DNA from: Myxococcota bacterium
GTDB taxonomy: Bacteria; Myxococcota_A; SURF-8
NCBI GenBank assembly: GCA_965140415.1
Contig: OZ223209.1
Coordinates: forward strand, 3,808,001-3,872,000
DNA length: 64,000 nt
Reading direction: 5' to 3'
In this document: in pieces, positions 1 to 5,959 of the stretch
Position numbering within the stretch: position 1 is the first letter of the stretch
How the letters are laid out: each line of letters opens with the position of its first letter
Program-made: the position numbers and the translations under genes
The notes under the pieces: generated by a model
Database searches by the model: none
What the model was told of the DNA's origin: nothing
Seen by the model: only the letters and a program-made list of their open reading frames with translations

Positions 1-114
1 CACTTTGATGAGGGCACGGGGGATGTAGTCCACGATTCTTCTCCCTATGAGAACCACGGAGAATTGACAGGCAGTGCTTCTTGGTCGGAGGATGTACCGG
101 GTGGTACGAGATGA
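1..114 (+). CDS. 3' end of a LamG/concanavalin-A-like domain protein (partial, starts before window)
   Basis: Frame 1 reads HFDEGTGDVVHDSSPYENHGELTGSASW...TR*, matching the W-x-FDEG-x-G...DSS...NHG motif of LamG-like domains. Confidence 0.65.
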   Translation, partial: HFDEGTGDVVHDSSPYENHGELTGSASWSEDVPGGTR

Positions 115-265
115 AATCAGATGCCGCCCTGTTAAAAATCAAAATCCTGAGTTGCGTACAATCCTTGGAACCCGCAACTCAGCTACCAAGTATCAGATAC
201 TTACATCCCCAGATCATGCCCATAGGCGTAGGATGAGTTGCGTCTTTCACATTCTTACTTGAAAT

Positions 266-883
266 CTAACAGGTGATGGACTGTACAGCAGTCAGAATGT
301 CATCGGTCGTAGGATGCGTATAGATCGCCGTTGTCGAGGGAGAGGAATGTCGAACAGCGCTTTGTACGAGGCGTAGGTCCCCCGTGTGACGCCAGAGGCT
401 GGTTGCGTAGGTGTGTCTGAGGGCATGGAAATTATGAATCCGGTCAAAACCACATCTCTTCTGCCATCTATGAAACATATGCTGAACTGTTCTCACCGAC
501 AATCGACCACCGGCTTGTTTTCTGCTATGACCACCACCTCTTGAAATGAATAGAGGGGCATTAGCTTCAAGACTCTCACCGATGGTTCTCTTGTAAGAAA
601 TAAATCGAGAAACTTTCCTTCGTAGTTTGTCTGGCAGGGCAATCACACCGCCCTTACATCCCTTAGTAGTTTCAGGCCTCAATTGCCAGATACCCCGGAC
701 GCCCTTCCCGTTAAGCACATCCCCTATGTTGAGACCTACGATCTCACTCACCCGTAATCCACAGCCAAGGGCAATCGAGATAATGATATGATCCCTCAGA
801 TCTCCCTCTGAGCGGCCTGTGGCCTGCAAGAGAGCCTTTACCTCAGCCTCAGTAAGCGTCTGTGGGGTTTGGGTATGTCTCAT
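266..883 (-). CDS. Tyrosine recombinase (XerC/phage integrase family), catalytic domain only, 205 aa
   Basis: GLRVSE (Arg), TTKG (Lys), HALRH (HxxR), RHSS (His), TTAIY (Tyr); no N-terminal core-binding domain. Confidence 0.92.
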   Translation of the reverse strand: MRHTQTPQTLTEAEVKALLQATGRSEGDLRDHIIISIALGCGLRVSEIVGLNIGDVLNGKGVRGIWQLRPETTKGCKGGVIALPDKLRRKVSRFISYKRTIGESLEANAPLFISRGGGHSRKQAGGRLSVRTVQHMFHRWQKRCGFDRIHNFHALRHTYATSLWRHTGDLRLVQSAVRHSSPSTTAIYTHPTTDDILTAVQSITC

Positions 884-1051
884 GCTTGGAACCTTTCATA
901 TAATACCTCTATATATAGTTACACCAATGGGCTCACAGTTTAAAGTATTAATTTGAAGTCATTTCTTCTCAAATCCAGGAAACCGCAAGCTTAACCCAAC
1001 GGGCAGGGACCCGGTACCGTGAGATGGATATTGAAAACGCAAGAAAACTGG

Positions 1052-1119
1052 CAGCCTCGATTTTAAAAAGGTCCTCACCATCGGTAGGATGTTTATCAAA
1101 ACTCCTTAATAGGAGGTGA
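1052..1119 (+). promoter_or_regulatory. Promoter/RBS region duplicated at 2221-2291
   Basis: cagcctc...caccatcggtaggatg...aggaggtg aligns colinearly with cagcctc...cacaatcggtagaatg...aggaggta; -10-like TAGGAT/TAGAAT and AGGAGG RBS. Confidence 0.65.
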
Positions 1120-1443
1120 ATGATGTCAGAATACCGCAGCATAAAGAGTCAGGATAAATTGGACAGGATCATGAAAGATCTGTTTGGATTCATTCGGGAG
1201 GAACCCGATGAGGAATTCCGCCAGAATCTCGTATCGTGGATTATTCGGAAATTAGCATTTGCATTTGGAATAGAACTTAAATTTCAGCCGGAATTGGATA
1301 TCGATAAATTAAACAACCACCTTCGATTTGCGTACTGGAAATTTAGGGAACTCAAGGACGATCCCAAATACAGGGACAGGGCATTCTATTTATTGAATGA
1401 ATTTCTCGACGATCTACTTAAATTCCCTTCGAAAACCAAATGA
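1120..1443 (+). CDS. Small helical hypothetical protein, paralog 1
   Basis: AGGAGG RBS; full-length similarity to 2292-2609 (KLD..LF.FI..EPD, VSW.I..AF.FG, PELD.DK...HLR.A.W.F.EL, AF.L..EFL.DLL). Confidence 0.85.
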   Translation: MMSEYRSIKSQDKLDRIMKDLFGFIREEPDEEFRQNLVSWIIRKLAFAFGIELKFQPELDIDKLNNHLRFAYWKFRELKDDPKYRDRAFYLLNEFLDDLLKFPSKTK

Positions 1444-1477
1444 ATAACCTCCATACTCGCCCTGTGGGCCTCGATAA

Positions 1478-1616
1478 GATCCTTATAGGTGCCTTTCACT
1501 GTCCATCCTCTCTGTTTTGCCACCTGTTCCAATTCCGTAACCTGCATTGATACGTCTTGATGGCCGGTACTGACACGGGCGTAGAGGGCAATTTTTTTAG
1601 GGGCACCAGTTTTCAT
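1478..1616 (-). pseudogene. Truncated serine recombinase/resolvase (N-terminal ~46 aa)
   Basis: ALYARVSTGHQD...Q..ELEQVAKQRGWTV...YKD with AGGAGG RBS; similarity lost before the SG/RP and DRL motifs. Confidence 0.8.
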
Positions 1617-1708
1617 TGTTTTATCCTCCTGAAATTAACTCCTATTATGTCTACACAGGATTTGGGATAGTTAAAAAGATGGCGACCCCTGGATTTGGCT
1701 CTATACTT

Positions 1709-2040
1709 ATCTCCTGGCTTTTATTAGGACTGGATTTCAACGACATGATGACGGCGAAAGTCGAATCATATTCTCCTGGCACTTATCAGGAGGGGATTAC
1801 AACGATGTGGAGGGTGTAAAGCGTCACCATGAGTTCTACCGGGATGTCAGGAGTGGATTACAACGAAATAGAAAAAGCCGTTTCAAGCGGATAAGTCAAT
1901 TACCACGACTTGGATTATGTTCAATTGCCCGCTCACCGGCATTCTCCTGGCACCCGGTAGAACTGGAATTCTGCCACAAAATATTTCTTCCTGTAGCAGC
2001 TACTTTACTCCTGCGTCATTGCAGGAGGGGATTACAACGA
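1709..2040 (+). ncRNA. Candidate structured repeat RNA: degenerate CTCCTG-loop-CAGGAG stems followed by GGATTACAACGA, ~62-nt spacing
   Basis: Motif copies end at 1743, 1805, 1866 and 2040, with degenerate units near 1893-1918 and 1942-1970; G-U pairs favour the + strand; TATACT at 1702-1707; terminator at 2077-2111. Confidence 0.65.
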
Positions 2041-2076
2041 GTTAGATATGAAAACTTTAACGGCCAGAAAATCATA

Positions 2077-2111
2077 GAAAGCCCGGATGAATACTCCGGG
2101 CTTTCGCTTTT
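2077..2111 (+). terminator. Rho-independent terminator
   Basis: GAAAGCCCGGA-tgaatac-TCCGGGCTTTC perfect 11-bp stem followed by GCTTTT. Confidence 0.85.
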
Positions 2112-2291
2112 AAGAGGGTGCTAGATTGAGGTTCGATCAGGGGCACCAAAACCGATTGAAAGACTTTTCGGGCGGGGAACCTTGTCGAAAATTCCCCTGT
2201 CCGGTCTCCACCAATTTTTTCAGCCTCAAATCCGAAACGGTCTTCACAATCGGTAGAATGGCTATCAGAACACCTTGTTAGGAGGTAAGAT

Positions 2292-2609
2292 ATGCCTATA
2301 CACCGCAGCCATGAGGAGCAAGCCAAGCTAGACAGTATCCTAGCAGAGCTTTTCCAATTTATTATGAGCGAGCCAGATAAAAGCCGCTATAGTTTTGTGT
2401 CTTGGTTAATCAAAGAGATCGCGTTCCAGTTCGGATTGGATGTGAAAGTCCTTCCGGAGCTTGATTCGGACAAAGTGTATACCCACCTCCGCTATGCCTT
2501 ATGGGGATTCGAGGAACTTTGCAAAGATTCGGCTCAGCAGGTCAAAGCATTCGAGCTAATCCATGAGTTCCTGCATGACCTCCTATGGCATTTAGCAAAG
2601 AATCGGTAA
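2292..2609 (+). CDS. Small helical hypothetical protein, paralog 2
   Basis: AGGAGG RBS; paralog of 1120-1443. Confidence 0.85.
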   Translation: MPIHRSHEEQAKLDSILAELFQFIMSEPDKSRYSFVSWLIKEIAFQFGLDVKVLPELDSDKVYTHLRYALWGFEELCKDSAQQVKAFELIHEFLHDLLWHLAKNR

Positions 2610-2840
2610 AATGCGGTTTCCATACTTTCGTTTTGCGGATTCGATCTGATATTAATACTTTTTTCCATAATGGTTAACTCTATCCTAGCCAACCAGTATC
2701 CATTTCCCCCAATGTTTCCCTTCACTTCTTCATCTTTAAACGGTATAGGGCTCATCGATTACCTAAATGCTCTTTCTTGAAATAGGGTATTAATAATGAA
2801 TAGAAGCACTGCCCATCTGGCAGTTTTTGAAAACATTAAT

Positions 2841-3041
2841 GAGGTGTCATCACCGAGCCTGTCCTTGAATGCCCGGTCATTGCATAGATCGGGAAGGCCT
2901 TACGTGGGCCGAGCCTCGCTCAGGACCAAGCCCGATAATCCTGAGCGGGGTGACCAGCTCCTTATAAGCGGTGAACAGGCTGACAACCTCCTACTGGATC
3001 GGAATGGCCTGCTATGGCGATCCCGGTCGTGGGAGTCTGTC
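2841..3041 (+). promoter_or_regulatory. Highly structured 5' leader / candidate cis-regulatory RNA of the recombinase operon
   Basis: Outer stems 2841-2849/2981-2990 and 2856-2862/2975-2981 enclose three hairpins; a further stem 2988-3001/3018-3035 covers the GGGAG RBS. Confidence 0.55.
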
Positions 3042-3227
3042 ATGGCGAAAATAGTTTATCAAAAGCAAGCCGAATCTGAGAAAGAGTTTGAGGTTGAGTG
3101 GTTTGAAAGCGTTGCTGAGGATCTAGCTCCGATTGAGTGCCTATCTGATCTTCCCTTTCATCCTGAAATTATCAAGTTTCTAGCCTCCATGGTTGCCGAA
3201 GGCCTTGATTCGAGAGATTCACGATGA
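3042..3227 (+). CDS. Small acidic protein (61 aa) translationally coupled to the large serine recombinase
   Basis: GGGAG RBS before ATG 3042; stop overlaps the recombinase start (ATGA). The ORF-track start at 2796 runs through the structured leader. Confidence 0.6.
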   Translation: MAKIVYQKQAESEKEFEVEWFESVAEDLAPIECLSDLPFHPEIIKFLASMVAEGLDSRDSR

Positions 3228-5308
3228 CAGGGACTTCCGCAAAATATACCGCCTTTTACGCTCGAAGAACCCGTGAGGATCCGGAGAATGAATCCTCTTC
3301 AGTGGAAAATCAGTGTTCACGTTTCAAGGAATTACAGGCAAAGCAAGGATGGGCAGGACGGATATTTGCAGAAAAGGGCCGCCATCGAAGTGGTGAATGG
3401 TCAACCGATAAGCGTCCCGCTTTAAAAGACCTTCTTGATGAAATTAAGAAAGGAAACGTTGAGCGGCTTGTGGTGCGTGATCTTGATCGGCTCGGGCGTG
3501 GACCTATCTTAATGCTAATCTGCGAAGATCTAGCAAAAGCAAATGTAGAACTATGGGATTTCTCAGGCAATGTAGAATACCGGACAGCCGCCGGTGAATT
3601 AGGATTGGCCGTACAAGCATCGGTAGGCCGTTTTGAAGTCCGCAGAACCGGTGAACGTATCAGGGAATCCAAACGGGCTTATTGGAAAAAAGGAATCCAT
3701 ATTGGTCCCGCTCCATTTGGATACACATCTCAGTCCCGCATATACCGGGAACTTGTTGAGCAGGGTGTCAATAAAGCTGAGGCCAAAGCCAAAGCTCACC
3801 AAGAGATGCCTGAGGCTCCCGGCATTCGTATAGAACCAGACGAGGCAAGGGTCGTTCGAATGATCTTCGAAATGTATGTCAACGAGGAACTGGGTACAAA
3901 ACGGGTAGCTCAGAACCTGAATTCACGAGGTTTACTGAAACGGGGCCGAAACTGGACCCAGCAAGCTGTCCGGAAAATCTTGGTTGACCCGAAGATGGCT
4001 GGCTGGGCTACGTTCGATGATGAGTCCTATCAGGCCAGGCAACGGAATTGTCAGAAACCGATCCATAAACAACAGCGTCTGGATGCAGCCCATGAGGCAA
4101 TCGTTGACCGGAACATATGGCAAAGGGCTCAAAGAACTTTGGAGGACCGAGGTAAGCAGGTTCACGCCAACAGGTCCAAAGGTCGGATATATCCCCTGAC
4201 CGGTGCTATCCAATGCATCAACGGACACAGAATGAAAGGAAAAGCCTCTGGCAGCGGCAAATTGGCGTACTATACCTGCCACAAGCGGTCAGATGTCGGT
4301 TCCGATCCCGATTCCGGCGGCTGCAACGCTCATAGAATCAATGTCAACAGGGCTGAGTCAGCCGTTCTGGAAGTGCTGGACCAGATCTTATCGTCACCCG
4401 AAAAGGTGGTTGAGGTCTACGAGGCCACCAAAAGAAGGATGCAGAAAGAAGCCCCCGTCAGGAAACGTGAATTGGCTGCACTGGACCGGAAAGTTGCGCG
4501 ACTTGAAAAAGAACGGGAAGGAGTGTTCCAGGCTTTTCGTAATCCCGACCTGTCTCCTGATCAACACACGGTCATTGCTGATAGGGTGGCCGAGTTGAAC
4601 CTGAAGATACGGGATATGCAGGATAAGCGGACACAATTGGAATCCAAGGTTGTCCTGATCAGGGTTCCGAAAATGAATTATCATGATGTGGCCGCTTATA
4701 TGAACGCCATCAAAAAAGAGTTGGAAGCCAGCCCGAGGCGTTTTAAGAAGTTGATCACGTTACTGCGACATCACCACGATCTGAAGATCACCGTTCTCGA
4801 TTCATACAGAGTAAGGGTTTCCATGAATTTCTCACCTGAAGGTATGGATGCCAAAACCATCACCGCTAAAGTCCAGCCTTCGTTTCCATTCACCATCGAA
4901 GAGGAAGGTGGGGCAAGGCCGCTGACGAATGAGGAATGGGCTGCTCGGGAGAACGAAAAGGGCCATTATTGCCAGTGTGGATGTGGACAAAAAATTACGG
5001 TTTTACCGAGGCATAGAGCTTCAACTGTTGGGATTCCGAAATTCATCCGCGGCAGCGGACATTGGAAATGTGACATGACCGGTTTTGTGGAACAACTGAA
5101 CCGGGAAGGCTATTTGACCATCGGCCAAGTAGCAAAAGAACTGGGTATCGGGGAAACCACTCTCAGAAGGTATGAGAAACGGGGGGTGATCATGCCTGAA
5201 TACCGAGAATGGGGGAAACGTTGGCCTATGAGGGTGTACGGAAAAGAGGACTTGGGCAAGCTGAAAAAGGCAATGGAGAAGGCGGGGTTCAGGTATTCAA
5301 CACCCTGA
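3224..5308 (+). CDS. Large serine recombinase (resolvase + recombinase + Zn-ribbon + coiled coil) with C-terminal CxCGCG motif and MerR-like HTH
   Basis: YARRT, SG...KRPAL, VVRDLDRLGR, GPAPFGY, HEAIVD..IW, LTGAIQC..GHRM, YYTC; tail CQCGCG...FIRGSGH and LTIGQVAKELGIGETTLRRYEKRG. Confidence 0.92.
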   Translation: MTGTSAKYTAFYARRTREDPENESSSVENQCSRFKELQAKQGWAGRIFAEKGRHRSGEWSTDKRPALKDLLDEIKKGNVERLVVRDLDRLGRGPILMLICEDLAKANVELWDFSGNVEYRTAAGELGLAVQASVGRFEVRRTGERIRESKRAYWKKGIHIGPAPFGYTSQSRIYRELVEQGVNKAEAKAKAHQEMPEAPGIRIEPDEARVVRMIFEMYVNEELGTKRVAQNLNSRGLLKRGRNWTQQAVRKILVDPKMAGWATFDDESYQARQRNCQKPIHKQQRLDAAHEAIVDRNIWQRAQRTLEDRGKQVHANRSKGRIYPLTGAIQCINGHRMKGKASGSGKLAYYTCHKRSDVGSDPDSGGCNAHRINVNRAESAVLEVLDQILSSPEKVVEVYEATKRRMQKEAPVRKRELAALDRKVARLEKEREGVFQAFRNPDLSPDQHTVIADRVAELNLKIRDMQDKRTQLESKVVLIRVPKMNYHDVAAYMNAIKKELEASPRRFKKLITLLRHHHDLKITVLDSYRVRVSMNFSPEGMDAKTITAKVQPSFPFTIEEEGGARPLTNEEWAARENEKGHYCQCGCGQKITVLPRHRASTVGIPKFIRGSGHWKCDMTGFVEQLNREGYLTIGQVAKELGIGETTLRRYEKRGVIMPEYREWGKRWPMRVYGKEDLGKLKKAMEKAGFRYSTP

Positions 5309-5310
5309 TA

Positions 5311-5784
5311 TCACAACGCGAGATTCATATCTATAGGTATTCCCGCAGCTTTAATTTCTCTTGCCAATTGAAGTTTCCATGCCCCGCTATTATCCAACTG
5401 AATATATAAAACCCCACTATAGTCAGAGGGGATTTCAACATTTTCCTCATATAGGGCACAAACTCGTTTTCTTCCCAACCTACCGATAAAATATCCGAGT
5501 TCGAATGTTACGTTTTGTCTTGCGCTAGAAGAAATAGAATCATCATCTGCACTTACTGGTTTACCAATATCATCTGCTGTAAGAAGCACCACTGCAAATC
5601 CAAACGCCTTTTCGAGATAGTTCTTTGTGAGTAAATCCCACTGTGAAATATCATCGCTATCTATCGGTCTACTTCGAAGTAGGGCATTTCCTTTGTCAAT
5701 TTGTTGTCTAATCAGCTCGATACCTTTTTCTGGTGGAACTTGTGGAGAACCCGTTACCAAAGGAGCCTTACTTTTCTTTGTCAT
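5311..5784 (-). pseudogene. TIR-like nucleotide-binding protein (PF10137/CAP12-type) with in-frame internal deletion
   Basis: GFAVVLLTADD, ARQNVTFELGYFIGRLGRKRV and EIPSDYSGVLYI present; the VFIVHG...TIIEK first half of the domain is absent. Confidence 0.75.
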
Positions 5785-5959
5785 TGTTAATCCTCAACTG
5801 TTTGTTGGGTCTTAAACTCAGCCCACACCGGGTAATGATCAGACACTTTAGCCGGAGCGCAATCCATTTCAAACCCACTACTGAAATTCAGCATCCTAGT
5901 GCATCATGAAAAATAATAAGGGGTGTCCGCCAAACATAGGCAGGATCAGACCAATGCCA

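Noticed and set aside
1709-2040. Canonical CRISPR array
   Set aside because: Repeats differ in loop and stem, spacing is irregular, the inter-repeat segments are self-structured, and no cas genes are in the window; kept only as a repeat-mimic hypothesis
1709-2040. TIGR array, or similarity of TACAACGA to the 10-23 DNAzyme core
   Set aside because: Period is ~62 nt rather than ~36 nt, with no box C/D motifs or Nop-domain gene; only the last 8 nt match the synthetic DNAzyme core, plausibly by chance
1616-2326. ORFs 1616-1819, 1807-2124 and 2072-2326
   Set aside because: No recognisable motifs; they overlap the repeat RNA and its terminator
266-2609. Integron (IntI + attC cassettes)
   Set aside because: The recombinase is too short and lacks the IntI-specific insertion; I found no RYYYAAC...GTTRRRY attC folds after the small genes
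2926-2938. Leader loop CCAAGCCCGATAA resembling CTAAGCCC near the comM att (bridge-RNA-like guide)
   Set aside because: Only 6 nt shared, not distinguishable from chance
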